DNA of 61,299 nucleotides from a virus. Taxonomy: Duplodnaviria > Caudoviricetes. The stretch spans positions 1 to 61,299 of IMG/VR virus record IMGVR_UViG_3300025102_000027. The stretch is one strand, 5' to 3'. The position numbers and the translations under genes were made by a program. Positions within the stretch are counted from its first letter, which is position 1. The number at the start of each line of letters is the position of its first letter. Under the pieces are notes generated by a model. The model did not search any database. It was given only the letters and a program-made list of their open reading frames with translations, and had not been told where the DNA came from. Shown here piece by piece: positions 27,123 through 38,416 of the stretch.

Positions 27123-27444
27123 AATTTTAGGTGCTCTTGGTAACGTAAAGCAAATTGCTGAAGGTGTTAAAAATAAAATTTTTAAAAATGAAGATGTTGA
27201 AGAAATAGCAGATAAAAGATGGATAGATTGTTCTATGTGTGAAGCATTAGATACTAAAGGTACTCGTTGTGCTGTTCCTGCAACACAACCTTGTTGTTCA
27301 GACTGTGGGTGTAGTTTAGGACTTAAACTTAGAGCTTTATCATCAAGTTGTCCAAGAGGTAAATGGAGTGCTGTTGTAAATAAAGAAATGGAAGGTGTAA
27401 TTAAAAAACAAATAAAAGAAAAAGAAGATGCCAGTAATATTTAA
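27109..27444 (+). CDS. Cys-rich Zn-binding protein
   Basis: CSMC..C..CCSDCGC..K.R..CPRGKW. Confidence 0.7.
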   Translation: MRINKILGALGNVKQIAEGVKNKIFKNEDVEEIADKRWIDCSMCEALDTKGTRCAVPATQPCCSDCGCSLGLKLRALSSSCPRGKWSAVVNKEMEGVIKKQIKEKEDASNI

Positions 27445-28261
27445 ATCAGATGGTCATATATATGAATCACTTAATGAAGATCTTGAAAAAGATCAAATTA
27501 AATGGACAAGTGTTACATCATTTGTAGGGATGTTTAAACCTAAATTTGATGCAGAAGCACAATCTAAAAAATCATCTAAAAATAAAAGATCTAAATGGTA
27601 TAAAATTTCACCAAAAAAAATATTAGAAATTTGGGATAATGAATCTAAAAGAGCTATTGGATTAGGTAATTGGTATCATGATGAAAGAGAAAAAAGATTA
27701 TTAGAATTTTCTACAATAGCAAGAGAAGGTATAGAGATTCCAATTATAAAACCTATAACTGATAGTAATGGCATTAAAGTTGCACCTGAACAAAAACTAA
27801 AAGAAGGTATATATCCAGAACATTTTGTCTATTTAAAATCTGCCGGTTTGTGTGGACAAGCAGATCTTGTAAGTATAGTTAATGGAAAAATAAACATACT
27901 TGATTACAAAACTAATAAAGAAATTAAAATAAAAGGTTTTACTAATTGGGAAGGTATAACTTCTAAAATGTATAAACCAGTTAGTCATCTTGATGACTGT
28001 AATCTTAAACATTATAATTTACAATTAAGTTTATATGCTTATATTATTAATAAACATAATCCTAAACTTAGAGTAGGAGAGATTCAAATACAACATGTAA
28101 GTTTTGAAGAAGAAGGTAAGGATGATTATGGTTATCCAATAACAAAGTATAATGATCAAAATGAACCAATTATAAAAGAAATAAAAATGTATGAATTACC
28201 ATATTTAAAAGATGAAGTTCAAAGTCTTATTATGTGGTTAAAAGATAATCCTGTATGTTAG
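27428..28261 (+). CDS. PD-(D/E)XK nuclease
   Basis: CGQADLV, ILDYKT, LQLSLY. Confidence 0.85.
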   Translation: MPVIFKSDGHIYESLNEDLEKDQIKWTSVTSFVGMFKPKFDAEAQSKKSSKNKRSKWYKISPKKILEIWDNESKRAIGLGNWYHDEREKRLLEFSTIAREGIEIPIIKPITDSNGIKVAPEQKLKEGIYPEHFVYLKSAGLCGQADLVSIVNGKINILDYKTNKEIKIKGFTNWEGITSKMYKPVSHLDDCNLKHYNLQLSLYAYIINKHNPKLRVGEIQIQHVSFEEEGKDDYGYPITKYNDQNEPIIKEIKMYELPYLKDEVQSLIMWLKDNPVC

Positions 28262-28773
28262 TAAAATTATTTGATATACAAAACGGTAAAGTTGTTCCTA
28301 GTGAACACTGTTATACATTAAAGTCTTTAAAGACTATTATGGATAAATATCCAGATACATATTTATCTGTATATCAATATGTATTTTACATGACATGTCC
28401 AGATCCAGATTTAAATCCGTTCTTTAATATGCCTGAACATGAAAAAGAAGATCTTATTATAGAAGAAATTGAATTTGAAGAATCATCTGAAGATGGAGCT
28501 ATAAGACATGCTATTGATACATGTAAAGAATTATATGAAACTCCAACCTTTAGAGCTTATAAAGGTATTAAGGCTATGTTAGATAGATTAGCTAGGTATA
28601 TGGAAACAACTTCTATAGATCACGGTAGGGATGGAAATCTAACTGCTTTAGTTAATACTGCTGCTAAGTTTGATCAAATTAGACAATCTTTTAAAGGAGC
28701 GTATACAGATATGAAAAATGAACAACAAAGCTCTGTCCGTGGTGGGCAGGGATTAGCTTATGATCAATTATAA
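28255..28773 (+). CDS. Conserved crAss-like protein, terminase small subunit candidate
   Basis: Helical protein ending VRGGQGLAYDQL shortly upstream of TerL. Confidence 0.5.
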   Translation: MLVKLFDIQNGKVVPSEHCYTLKSLKTIMDKYPDTYLSVYQYVFYMTCPDPDLNPFFNMPEHEKEDLIIEEIEFEESSEDGAIRHAIDTCKELYETPTFRAYKGIKAMLDRLARYMETTSIDHGRDGNLTALVNTAAKFDQIRQSFKGAYTDMKNEQQSSVRGGQGLAYDQL

Positions 28774-28784
28774 AATTTAAAACT

Positions 28785-29084
28785 ATGATAAAAGAAAATG
28801 TTAAAAACTATAAAGTAATACCTATTGGTAAAAGAATTTTAGTAAAACCTGTTAAAAAGGTTGAAACTACACAATCAGGAATAATTTTACCTGATTCACA
28901 AGTTCAACAAAAACCTCAAGGTAGAATTGTTTCAAGAGGACCCGAAGTATGTAAAGATCTTAATGAAGGTGATTTTATACAGTGGTCAATGGCAAACAGT
29001 GATGATAGTGAATTTATGCATGAAGGAGAGATTCATCTTTTAATGCATGAAGGAGCTGTTCTTTGTAAACTAGAGAATGTATAA
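28785..29084 (+). CDS. groES: GroES-like co-chaperonin
   Basis: PIGKRILVKP..TQSGIILPDS..GRIVSRGP. Confidence 0.8.
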   Translation: MIKENVKNYKVIPIGKRILVKPVKKVETTQSGIILPDSQVQQKPQGRIVSRGPEVCKDLNEGDFIQWSMANSDDSEFMHEGEIHLLMHEGAVLCKLENV

Positions 29085-31266
29085 AAAAATTCCTACATAT
29101 AAAGAAGGAAAATGGGATTACGTAGAATTTAAAGAAAAAGAAGATTTTACTAATTTTATTTTAGAAATTTTTAAAGAACCTGGGCAGTATCAATTTGATG
29201 AAACTGCCCTTGTTTTTAACGAGCAAGCTAAAGTATTTAATGATCAACAATTCTATTGTAATAAACCTTTCAGGTCTAAAGATTACATTAAATACTGGAA
29301 TGATGAAAAAGAAAAATGCAGGGAAGGTGTAATATTCTATGGAAAGAATAATACATTTTATCTAACAAGAGATTATTATATGTGGTTAAATTTCTTACCA
29401 ATCTTTGATAAGGAAGAGAAACATTATGGATTTGCTAAAGTTAGAGATGCACAGTATCACATGGCTCTTTATGAGTTATTAGCAGAACTACATTATAGAC
29501 ATTCAGCAATACTTAAGAAACGTCAGATAGCTTCTTCTTATTTTCATATGGCTAAAGTGTTAAATCAATTTTGGTTTGAAGAAGGATCTATATGTAAAAT
29601 AGGTGCATCACTTAAAGATTATATAAATGATAAAGGTTCTTGGAAATTTTTAGAAGAATACAAAACTTTTCTTAATGAACATACCGCTTGGTATAGACCA
29701 ACTAATCCAGCTAAAGTTTTATTATGGGAACAAAAGATTGAAGTTAGAGTTAATAATAGAAAAACAAATAAAGGTTTAATGTCAAAAATTCAAGGTGCAT
29801 CTTTTGAAAAAAATCCAACTACTGGTGTTGGTGGACCTTGTACTTATTTCTTTCATGAAGAGGCTGGTATTGCTCCTAAGATGGATCAAACATTTGAGTA
29901 TATTAGACCTGCAATGACATCTGGTATGATGACTACAGGTATGTTTATTGCTGCAGGTTCAGTGGGTGACCTTGATCAATGTGAACCTTTAAAACAGATG
30001 ATATTAAATCCAGATGGAAATGATATATATTCAGTATCAACAAACTTAATGGATGACAAAGGAACTATAGGAAACTGTGGTTTATTTATACCAGAACAAT
30101 GGTCTATGCCTCCATATATTGATAACTATGGAAATTCACTTATTGAACAAGCTCTTAATTCTATAAAAGAAGAAAGAGCGCAATGGAAAAAAGATTTAAA
30201 TCCTGAACAATATCAATTAAGAATATCACAAAAACCTATAGATATTGCAGAAGCTTTTGCATATAGAAAAGAAGCAGTATTTCCACAGGGTATAATAAGC
30301 AAACAAATAAGAAAAATAGAAGAGAAAGAATATGCATATGAGTTTGTAAAATTAGAAAAAGAAAAAAATACTATAACAGCATCAAAGACAACTAAGCTTC
30401 CTATATTTAATTTTCCTGTTAATAAGAAATTAGAAGATAAATCTGGTGCAATAATTGTATGGGAAAAACCTGTCAAAAATCCATCTTTTGGAATGTACTA
30501 TGCATCTATTGACCCTGTATCAGAAGGTAAAACAACCACATCAGATTCATTATGTAGTATATTTGTTTATAAGAATCCTATTGAAGTTACAAGAGAAACA
30601 TCTCAAGGTATAGAAACTTTTTTAGAAAGAGATAAAATTGTTGCATCATGGTGTGGTAGATATGATAATATAAATAAAACACACGAACAATTAGAGCTTA
30701 TAATAGAATGGTACAATGCCTGGACATTAGTTGAAAATAATATATCCTTATTTATTCAATACATGATATCTAAGAAAAAACAAAAGTATTTAGTACCAAA
30801 ACATCAGATTGTATTTTTAAAAGATCTAGGATCTAATCAAAATGTTTTTCAAGAGTATGGTTGGAAAAATACTGGTGTATTATTTAAAAATCATCTTATA
30901 TCATATGCAATAGAATATGTAAGAGAAGAGATAGATCAAGAAACAGATGTTGATGGAAATGTATTAAGTTCATCATTAGGAGTTGAAAGAATTCCTGATA
31001 AAATGTTATTGACTGAAATGTTACAATACTTCCCAGGATTAAACGTGGATAGACTTGTGGCATTTTCTGCATTAATAGCTTTTGCAAAGCTACAACAAGC
31101 TAATAGGGGTTATTTAAAGCATAAACAACAGGATATGTCTAAGGATAGCTTGGAAAAATCACAAAAAATGTATAAATTAAATATGAGACCTTTTAATAAT
31201 TTAGGTAGAAGAAAAAAATCTATAACTAATAAAATTAGAAGATCTCCCTTTAAAAACATAAAATAA
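29077..31266 (+). CDS. terL: Terminase large subunit
   Basis: ILKKRQIASS, FHEEAG, nuclease SIDPV, VENN, NVDRL; position before portal. Confidence 0.9.
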   Translation: MYKKIPTYKEGKWDYVEFKEKEDFTNFILEIFKEPGQYQFDETALVFNEQAKVFNDQQFYCNKPFRSKDYIKYWNDEKEKCREGVIFYGKNNTFYLTRDYYMWLNFLPIFDKEEKHYGFAKVRDAQYHMALYELLAELHYRHSAILKKRQIASSYFHMAKVLNQFWFEEGSICKIGASLKDYINDKGSWKFLEEYKTFLNEHTAWYRPTNPAKVLLWEQKIEVRVNNRKTNKGLMSKIQGASFEKNPTTGVGGPCTYFFHEEAGIAPKMDQTFEYIRPAMTSGMMTTGMFIAAGSVGDLDQCEPLKQMILNPDGNDIYSVSTNLMDDKGTIGNCGLFIPEQWSMPPYIDNYGNSLIEQALNSIKEERAQWKKDLNPEQYQLRISQKPIDIAEAFAYRKEAVFPQGIISKQIRKIEEKEYAYEFVKLEKEKNTITASKTTKLPIFNFPVNKKLEDKSGAIIVWEKPVKNPSFGMYYASIDPVSEGKTTTSDSLCSIFVYKNPIEVTRETSQGIETFLERDKIVASWCGRYDNINKTHEQLELIIEWYNAWTLVENNISLFIQYMISKKKQKYLVPKHQIVFLKDLGSNQNVFQEYGWKNTGVLFKNHLISYAIEYVREEIDQETDVDGNVLSSSLGVERIPDKMLLTEMLQYFPGLNVDRLVAFSALIAFAKLQQANRGYLKHKQQDMSKDSLEKSQKMYKLNMRPFNNLGRRKKSITNKIRRSPFKNIK

Positions 31267-31370
31267 TGAAAGGATATTGGACAACTTCAGGTACAGGGTT
31301 AAACACATCTTGGGAAACATCATCTTCATATGAAGATAGTATTACTGTAATCTACACTATAAAAAAATAA
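31266..31370 (+). CDS. Small ORF (34 aa) between terL and portal
   Basis: MKGYWTTSGTGL...; start overlaps terL stop. Confidence 0.45.
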   Translation: MKGYWTTSGTGLNTSWETSSSYEDSITVIYTIKK

Positions 31371-31374
31371 TAAT

Positions 31375-34140
31375 ATGAGGGTACTTAATGCCTTACAACT
31401 GAAAAAGGGTGCAAAAGCTGATAATAGTTATCCTACTAATTCTAGCTTAACTCAACCTACACAATTTTTACCAGCTAAGAAAAAAGATGATGATTGGGCT
31501 GCATGGAATTTAGATTGGTTAGAATTACAGGGGATGGAATATCTAAGACATAATGCTAGAAAAATTCTTAAAAATTATAAACTTGCAAAAGGTATTATTG
31601 ATAAAACTGATTATATAGTTGAAGAAGATAATGACTATAAAGATCTTATGGATGTTTTAACTAAAGAAGACAACTCTGCTTTAGAACTTAAATTTTATCC
31701 TATTATTCCTAATGTTGTAAACGTGCTTACAGGAGAATTTTCTAAAAGATTTTCAAAGGTACAATTTAGAGCCGTAGACGATCTTTCCTATAATGAAATG
31801 TTAGAGCATAAAAGAAAGATGATTGAAGAAAATCTTTTACAAGACGCAAAAGGTAAAATGGTTTTAAAGATGATTAGTATGGGAATGGATCCTCAGTCAA
31901 AAGAAGCTAAGGAACAACTTAACCCAGAAAAATTAAAAACACTTCCTGAAATAGAAGAATTTTTTCAAAAAGATTATAGAAGTTTGGTAGAAGAATGGGC
32001 ATCACATCAATTAAAAGTTGATGAAGAAAGATTTAAAATGCATGAACTTGAAGAAAGAGCTTTTAAAGATATGCTTATTTGTGATAGAGAATTTTGGCAT
32101 TTTAAAATGATGGAAGATGATTATGATGTAGAACTATGGAATCCAGCTTTAACCTTTTATCAAAAATCTCCAGATACAAGATATATCTCTGATTCTAATT
32201 ATGTAGGTAAACTTGATATGATGACTGTTTCAGATGTTATAGATGCATATGGGTATCTTATGACTGAGGAACAATTAAAATCTTTACAAAATATATACCC
32301 TGCTAAAAATGCAAAATATACTATATCTGGTTATCAAAATGATGGAACATTTTATGATCCTACTAAATCACATAAGTGGAATACAAATATGCCTTCGTTA
32401 GGTTACAGACAATTTGTTAGTAATTGGCAAAATTCTCCAGATGGTGGTAATGATATTGTTAAATGGATATTAAATGAAGGAGAAGATTTACACGTATGGG
32501 GAGAACGCAATATGATGAGAGTTGCAACTATCTATTGGAAAACCCAAAGAAAAATAGGACACTTAACAAGAGTAATGGAAGATGGAGATGTTGTTCAAAA
32601 GGTTGTTGATGAAAATTTTAAAATAACAGAAAAACCTATATATAACACAAATCTATTTAAAGAAAAAACAAAAGATAATCTTGCTTTTGGAGAACATGTA
32701 GATTGGATATGGATTAATGAAGTATGGGGTGGTGTTAAGATTGGTCCAAATTTACCGGCAACATGGAAGCAAACTTCAACAGAATTAAATCCAATATATT
32801 TAGGAATTAATAAAACAAAACCTGGTAGAGTACAATTTCAATTTAAAGGTGATAGTAATCTTTATGGTTGCAAACTTCCTGTTGAGGGTAGAGTATTTTC
32901 AGATAGAAATACTAAGTCTACATCACTAGTAGATTTAATGAAAGCGTATCAAGTTGGTTATAATATGGTAAATAACCAAATAGCTGATATACTTGTAGAT
33001 GAACTTGGAACTGTTATTATGTTTGATCAAAATGCTTTACCACGTCATTCAATGGGAGAAGATTGGGGTAAAAATAATTATGCAAAAGCATATGTTGCAA
33101 TGAAGGATTTTGGTATGCTACCATTAGATACATCTATAACTAATACAGAAAATGCTACTAATTTTAATCATTATCAAACATTAAATCTTGAACAAACAAA
33201 TAGATTAATGTCTAGAATAAATTTAGCTAATCATTTTAAACAACAAGCATTTGATGCAATTGGTATTACTCCACAAAGATTAGGGCAAGAAATATCTAGA
33301 CAAACAGCTACAGGAGTACAACAAGCTGTTCAACAATCTTTTGCTCAAACAGAAATGTATTACATACAACATTCAGATAATCTTATGCCTAGGGTTCATA
33401 AAATGAGAACAGATCTTTCTCAATATTATCATAGCACTACTCCTAGTATTAGATTGAACTATATATCTAGTGAAGCTGAAAAAGTTAATTTTCAAATGGA
33501 TGGTACGGATTTATTAATGAGAGACTTTAATATTTTTTGCACAACTAAAACAAATCATAGAGCAATATTAGAACAGCTTAAACAAATGGCATTACAAAAT
33601 AATACAACAGGTGCAAGTATATATGATTTAGGTAGTGTAATAAAAGCTGAGTCAATTGCTGAAGTAACTAGCATTCTTAAAGCTTCTGAGCAAAAACAAC
33701 AAGCTCAAGAAAAAGCTAAATTAGATCAACAGCAACAAATGCAACAGCAACAACTTGCTGCTCAAGCTCAGGAAAAAGCTGCAGAACGTGAATTCCAATC
33801 TTCAGAAAATGAAAAAGAAAGACAAAAAGATCTCATGGTTGCTGAGATAAAATCAGCAGGATATGGAGCACAGTCAGATATTGATCAAAATCAACAAAGT
33901 GATTTTCAAGATGCAATGGGTGATATGCGTAAAAGAGATGAATATAGAGAGCAAATGAATTTTAAACGTGAAGAAGCTGCTATAAAGAATTCAGTAGATC
34001 AAGCAAAGTTAGGAATTGATAGAGAAAAATTAGCAACTCAAAGAGAGATTGCAGACAAAAATTTACAAATTGCACGTGAAAATAAAAATAAGTATGATGT
34101 ACAAAGTTCTGCAAAGAAATCTGATAAGAAGAAGAAATAA
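31375..34140 (+). CDS. Portal protein
   Basis: 921 aa, YPIIPNVVNVLTGE, GITPQRLG, Gln-rich coiled-coil C-terminus; crAss-like synteny. Confidence 0.9.
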   Translation: MRVLNALQLKKGAKADNSYPTNSSLTQPTQFLPAKKKDDDWAAWNLDWLELQGMEYLRHNARKILKNYKLAKGIIDKTDYIVEEDNDYKDLMDVLTKEDNSALELKFYPIIPNVVNVLTGEFSKRFSKVQFRAVDDLSYNEMLEHKRKMIEENLLQDAKGKMVLKMISMGMDPQSKEAKEQLNPEKLKTLPEIEEFFQKDYRSLVEEWASHQLKVDEERFKMHELEERAFKDMLICDREFWHFKMMEDDYDVELWNPALTFYQKSPDTRYISDSNYVGKLDMMTVSDVIDAYGYLMTEEQLKSLQNIYPAKNAKYTISGYQNDGTFYDPTKSHKWNTNMPSLGYRQFVSNWQNSPDGGNDIVKWILNEGEDLHVWGERNMMRVATIYWKTQRKIGHLTRVMEDGDVVQKVVDENFKITEKPIYNTNLFKEKTKDNLAFGEHVDWIWINEVWGGVKIGPNLPATWKQTSTELNPIYLGINKTKPGRVQFQFKGDSNLYGCKLPVEGRVFSDRNTKSTSLVDLMKAYQVGYNMVNNQIADILVDELGTVIMFDQNALPRHSMGEDWGKNNYAKAYVAMKDFGMLPLDTSITNTENATNFNHYQTLNLEQTNRLMSRINLANHFKQQAFDAIGITPQRLGQEISRQTATGVQQAVQQSFAQTEMYYIQHSDNLMPRVHKMRTDLSQYYHSTTPSIRLNYISSEAEKVNFQMDGTDLLMRDFNIFCTTKTNHRAILEQLKQMALQNNTTGASIYDLGSVIKAESIAEVTSILKASEQKQQAQEKAKLDQQQQMQQQQLAAQAQEKAAEREFQSSENEKERQKDLMVAEIKSAGYGAQSDIDQNQQSDFQDAMGDMRKRDEYREQMNFKREEAAIKNSVDQAKLGIDREKLATQREIADKNLQIARENKNKYDVQSSAKKSDKKKK

Positions 34141-34207
34141 TAATGATAGCTATATACTACTATAAATTTTAATTTTGAAAAAAATTTTTAAGGTTTAGTA
34201 ATAAATC

Positions 34208-34220
34208 TTTTGTATATTAT
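34208..34220 (+). promoter_or_regulatory. Late promoter motif class A
   Basis: TTTTGTATATTAT. Confidence 0.7.
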
Positions 34221-34249
34221 ATATATAACCACTAAAAACCAAAAATGTT

Positions 34250-35560
34250 ATGACCGAAAAAGAAACCAAATCAGTTGAAACAAAGGTTGAGCAAGTAAAT
34301 GTTGACCTTAATGATATTTTTAACGCAGCTCCAGGTGGAGATTCAATAACTCTACCAGAAGAAACTGCTAAAAAACCTAGCTTATTTGCTAGAAAAAAAG
34401 AAGTTGATACATCTTTTTTGTATGAAGATAAAAAAGAAGAAACTGTTGTTGAAGATAAAAAAGAAGAAGTAGTAGAAGAAGGGGAAGAAAAGGAAAATGT
34501 TAAGGCGGAGATTAAAGAAGAACCTAAAAAAACTACTGAAAAGAAAAAAGAAAAAGTTGATGTTGAAGAAGTATTAGGTCTTACAGATCTAGATACTGTA
34601 GAAGAAGAACCAACTGTAAAGAGAGGAAGAAAAAAAATAGAAGGAATATCTGATGTTTTTTCAAAACTTATAAAAGATGAAAAAATAATTCCTTTTGATG
34701 ATGAAAAAGAGCTTGATGAATATACTGCTAAAGATTGGGAAGAATTAATTCAAGCTAATTTAGATGAACAAGCAAATACGGTTAGGCGTGAAACTCCTAA
34801 AAAGTTCTTTAAAAGTTTACCTGAAGAACTACAAATAGCAGCAAGATATGTTGCAGATGGTGGAAAAGATCTTAAAGGATTATTTGGTGCACTATCAAGA
34901 GTAGAGGAAACTAGAGAACTGGACATAAAAAATGAAAATGACCAAGAGCAAATAATTAGAGAATATTTAGGAGCAACTGGTTATGGTAATGCAGAAGAGA
35001 TTTCAGAAGAAATAGAAATTTGGAAAGATCTTGGTAAGCTTGAAACACAAGCTTCTAAGTTTAAACCCAAATTAGATAAGATGCAAGAAAAGGTTGTTGC
35101 TAAAAGATTGGAAGAACAGGAGATGAAAAAAAAGCAACAACAACAAGCTTCAGAAACATACATGAAAAATGTATATGAAACGTTAAAGGGAGGTGAGATA
35201 AATAATGTAAAGATAGATAGAAAGACGCAAAGCTTGTTATATGAAGGACTTATTAATCCATCATATCCTTCTGTAACAGGAAAAAATACAAACTTACTAG
35301 GACATCTTCTAGAAAAGTATCAGTTTGTTGAACCAAACTATCCGTTAATAACTGAAGCACTTTGGTTATTAGCAGATCCAAAAGGATACAAAGAGAAGAT
35401 AATGCAGAAAGGAGAAACTAAAGCGGTTGAAAAAACAGTTAGAAAATTAAAAACAGCTCAATCACAAAAATCTGTTTCTGCTTCAACAACTAGTAAAGAA
35501 AAACAAGGTAAGGTAAGCAGAAAATTACCTAGAAATAAAAATATATTTAAAAGGTTTTAA
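34250..35560 (+). CDS. Acidic scaffold-like protein
   Basis: Glu/Lys-rich, between portal and MCP. Confidence 0.7.
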   Translation: MTEKETKSVETKVEQVNVDLNDIFNAAPGGDSITLPEETAKKPSLFARKKEVDTSFLYEDKKEETVVEDKKEEVVEEGEEKENVKAEIKEEPKKTTEKKKEKVDVEEVLGLTDLDTVEEEPTVKRGRKKIEGISDVFSKLIKDEKIIPFDDEKELDEYTAKDWEELIQANLDEQANTVRRETPKKFFKSLPEELQIAARYVADGGKDLKGLFGALSRVEETRELDIKNENDQEQIIREYLGATGYGNAEEISEEIEIWKDLGKLETQASKFKPKLDKMQEKVVAKRLEEQEMKKKQQQQASETYMKNVYETLKGGEINNVKIDRKTQSLLYEGLINPSYPSVTGKNTNLLGHLLEKYQFVEPNYPLITEALWLLADPKGYKEKIMQKGETKAVEKTVRKLKTAQSQKSVSASTTSKEKQGKVSRKLPRNKNIFKRF

Positions 35561-35600
35561 TATATTAATTAATGTTTAACAAATAAAAAAGAATTAAATT

Positions 35601-37247
35601 ATGGCAACTCCGGTTTCAAATAATGGGATTTTTCTAAGAGATACTCAGTATAAAGCTAGTTCACATGTTGATTCTTATCACTTAACAAATATGTTAGGAG
35701 ATGCAGAGCCTATGGATATGGGCCCTATTGATATTTGGGCAATGACACAAAAAGTGGAAATGCCTTTGTATCAGTTAGCATCTTTTGGTGGTCAGAATAC
35801 AATTATGGTGGATAATGCTAGAGGTGAGTACAAATGGCAAACTCCCGTTGCACAAGACCTACCATTTACGGTAGGTAACGTGGATGATACTACTGCTGTC
35901 GCTACAGGTAAACTGGGCGTAGACGGTACTTCATTCCAAATTAAATTAAATAAAAGAGCTTTTGGTCACGGTGATATTATTACTTATGACAAGTATAACG
36001 GTCTTGAACTTTACATTACTTCTGATGATATCATGGAAGCAGGTGATGGATATATTTATACTGTTCAATTAGTTAATAATTCAAACGCAACAGCTTTTGA
36101 TGTCAAATATGTTGCGGCAGGAACTAAATACTTTAGAAAAGGTTCTGCTCGTGGTGAGTACGGTGAAAGATTTTCAGATCTTACAACTGCAACAGGTTTC
36201 AGAGAATTCTACAACTTTGTAGGAGGAGCTGAAGCACACGTTCACTATTCTGTATCTTCTAGAGCTGATCTTATGATCAAAGGAGGTATGAATGCTGATG
36301 GTACTGTTCCAGTTACAGAGATTTGGAGATCATTTGATAATAATATGGATCCATCTGTATCTTCATTGGAAACAATGGTAGAGACTATGGGTGCTGATTA
36401 TGTAAGACGTGCATTTGATAATGGTGATCTTTCTAGAACTTTCCTTACTAATATGGAAGCTGCTCATCTTTCTAAGATAGCAACTGATATTGAGACTTAC
36501 TTAATGTGGGGTAAAGGTGGTAGAGTTAAGCAAGACGGACCAGATGATATTAGATTATCTGTAGGTCTTTGGAAGCAATTAGATAACTCATTTAAAAGAG
36601 TTTATAATAAGTCTTCTTTCAACTTGGATATGTTCAAGGCTGAACTTTACAACTTCTATCAAGGTAAAGTTGAATTAGATGGTCCAGATCCACAAAGATC
36701 ATTAATTGTACAAACAGGTATTGGTGGTATGCAATTGATTAATAAAGCTATTAAAGATGATGTTAGCATGATCAATAATGGTGGAAATAATCCTTGGGTA
36801 ATCAACGCTGATAATGTAGGTGCAGTTACAGGTCAAGGTATGGATATGGGTTATGGATGGTCATTTACATCATTTGTAATTCCATTCTTAGCAAATGTAA
36901 AATTCGTATTGAATCCAGCATTTGATAACTTACATACTAATGATATTGAGAATCCACTTATTGATGGAAGACCTTTAAGTTCTTATTCATTTATAATTTT
37001 TGATATTACTGATCAAGGAAATGATAACATTCACATGTTAAAGCTTTCTTGGGATAATCAATTGAAATGGTTCTACCAAAATGGAACTATGGATTATATG
37101 GGAAGAACTCAAGGTTTTGCTTCTTCTGGTAACTTCAATGGGTATAGGGTCTATATGACTCAAACAATGCCTGCTATTTGGGTTAAAGATCCAAGTAAAG
37201 TATTGAAGATTGTTATGAAGAATCCAACAACTGGCGGATCATTCTAA
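35601..37247 (+). CDS. Major capsid protein
   Basis: 548 aa, crAss-like position; EYKWQ, YLMWGKGG, GLWKQL; strong terminator follows. Confidence 0.85.
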   Translation: MATPVSNNGIFLRDTQYKASSHVDSYHLTNMLGDAEPMDMGPIDIWAMTQKVEMPLYQLASFGGQNTIMVDNARGEYKWQTPVAQDLPFTVGNVDDTTAVATGKLGVDGTSFQIKLNKRAFGHGDIITYDKYNGLELYITSDDIMEAGDGYIYTVQLVNNSNATAFDVKYVAAGTKYFRKGSARGEYGERFSDLTTATGFREFYNFVGGAEAHVHYSVSSRADLMIKGGMNADGTVPVTEIWRSFDNNMDPSVSSLETMVETMGADYVRRAFDNGDLSRTFLTNMEAAHLSKIATDIETYLMWGKGGRVKQDGPDDIRLSVGLWKQLDNSFKRVYNKSSFNLDMFKAELYNFYQGKVELDGPDPQRSLIVQTGIGGMQLINKAIKDDVSMINNGGNNPWVINADNVGAVTGQGMDMGYGWSFTSFVIPFLANVKFVLNPAFDNLHTNDIENPLIDGRPLSSYSFIIFDITDQGNDNIHMLKLSWDNQLKWFYQNGTMDYMGRTQGFASSGNFNGYRVYMTQTMPAIWVKDPSKVLKIVMKNPTTGGSF

Positions 37248-37263
37248 TATGTTTTTAATTTAG

Positions 37264-37291
37264 AAGAGGGGTCTTAGGATCCCTCTTTTAA
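37264..37291 (+). terminator. Intrinsic terminator after MCP
   Basis: AAGAGGGGTC-TTAG-GATCCCTCTT-TT. Confidence 0.75.
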
Positions 37292-37327
37292 ATTTACTTA
37301 ATTTTAAACTTAAAAAACCTTTTAATA

Positions 37328-38416
37328 ATGGCAAATAAAAAAACAACTAAAGAAGAAGTAATAGAATCTACTATTGCTATAGAACCTGCTATTGAACAAG
37401 AAGTTTCAATGGAAGATTTTACAATGATTGAAAAATATCAACAAACAAAAAATCAAAATATATCAATACGTCCTTATGTTACAGATCATGAAAACATGGG
37501 ATTAGAAAATTACAGCATGTCTCTTTATGATAATGTATTTCATGAAGAACAATTAACATGTTTAGATGTAAACGGTGTTAGAAGATATGTTACAGGATTA
37601 AATGAATTTTCTCCTGAAATAAAATTATTACCTAAAGCAGAAAAAGAAGCTAAGGTAAAACAAATAAGAACAGCTGTAGCTGAATTAGAAAAAGAATTAG
37701 CACAGAATGTTGTTAAAGTTGATGATCCAGAGTTCTGGAACAAAGTTAAATTACTTAGACCTAATAATGATGAGTTTTGGTCTAAGATAAGTATAAGGGT
37801 TGGAAATGATCCTTTATTTTTAGATCCTAAAAAAGATCCTTATGATTTAATAAAGATCTTTGCAATTGAAGCAGGTGGATTTTCTATAGTTGCTAAAGAC
37901 TTAGAAACTGCAAAATTAGGATCAAGATATAAATTTTATCTAGACAACTTTAAACAAACTGTTGATACTAGAACTAAACCATCTAAAGTTAGAAATAGAG
38001 CTCTTGCAGCATTACAAACAATGTATGATTCTAATCCTACAAAATTAAGATATGTTGCAAAAGTTGTTGATACTAATAGTTTACAGTACAATAATTCAAC
38101 ACCTAATGATGTTGTTTATGAAAATATGGATGCATATATTCATGGGCAAGGAACAGAAGGAAGTAGAATAAGAGCTGCACAAACATTCTTAGATTCATCT
38201 AATAGATCATTAGAAGAGTTAAAGTTAGCAGCTATCTTAAAAGATGCTAAGGTGTATAAAATTATTAGAGATAAATCAGATGGATTTATTTATACGGACA
38301 AAGATGAAAGATTAGGTAGAACTATGGAAGATGTTTTACACTATATAGCAAGTCCTTTAAATGATGAAGTTTTAATGTACATTATGGATAAAGTTGAACA
38401 TCAATGGTCAAGATAG
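37328..38416 (+). CDS. Conserved crAss-like protein downstream of MCP
   Basis: 362 aa; synteny. Confidence 0.75.
   Translation: MANKKTTKEEVIESTIAIEPAIEQEVSMEDFTMIEKYQQTKNQNISIRPYVTDHENMGLENYSMSLYDNVFHEEQLTCLDVNGVRRYVTGLNEFSPEIKLLPKAEKEAKVKQIRTAVAELEKELAQNVVKVDDPEFWNKVKLLRPNNDEFWSKISIRVGNDPLFLDPKKDPYDLIKIFAIEAGGFSIVAKDLETAKLGSRYKFYLDNFKQTVDTRTKPSKVRNRALAALQTMYDSNPTKLRYVAKVVDTNSLQYNNSTPNDVVYENMDAYIHGQGTEGSRIRAAQTFLDSSNRSLEELKLAAILKDAKVYKIIRDKSDGFIYTDKDERLGRTMEDVLHYIASPLNDEVLMYIMDKVEHQWSR

Noticed and set aside
29077-37247. Inteins or introns in terL, portal or MCP
   Set aside because: Continuous ORFs of expected size without intein terminal or homing-nuclease motifs; virion-protein inserts elsewhere also lack intein signatures
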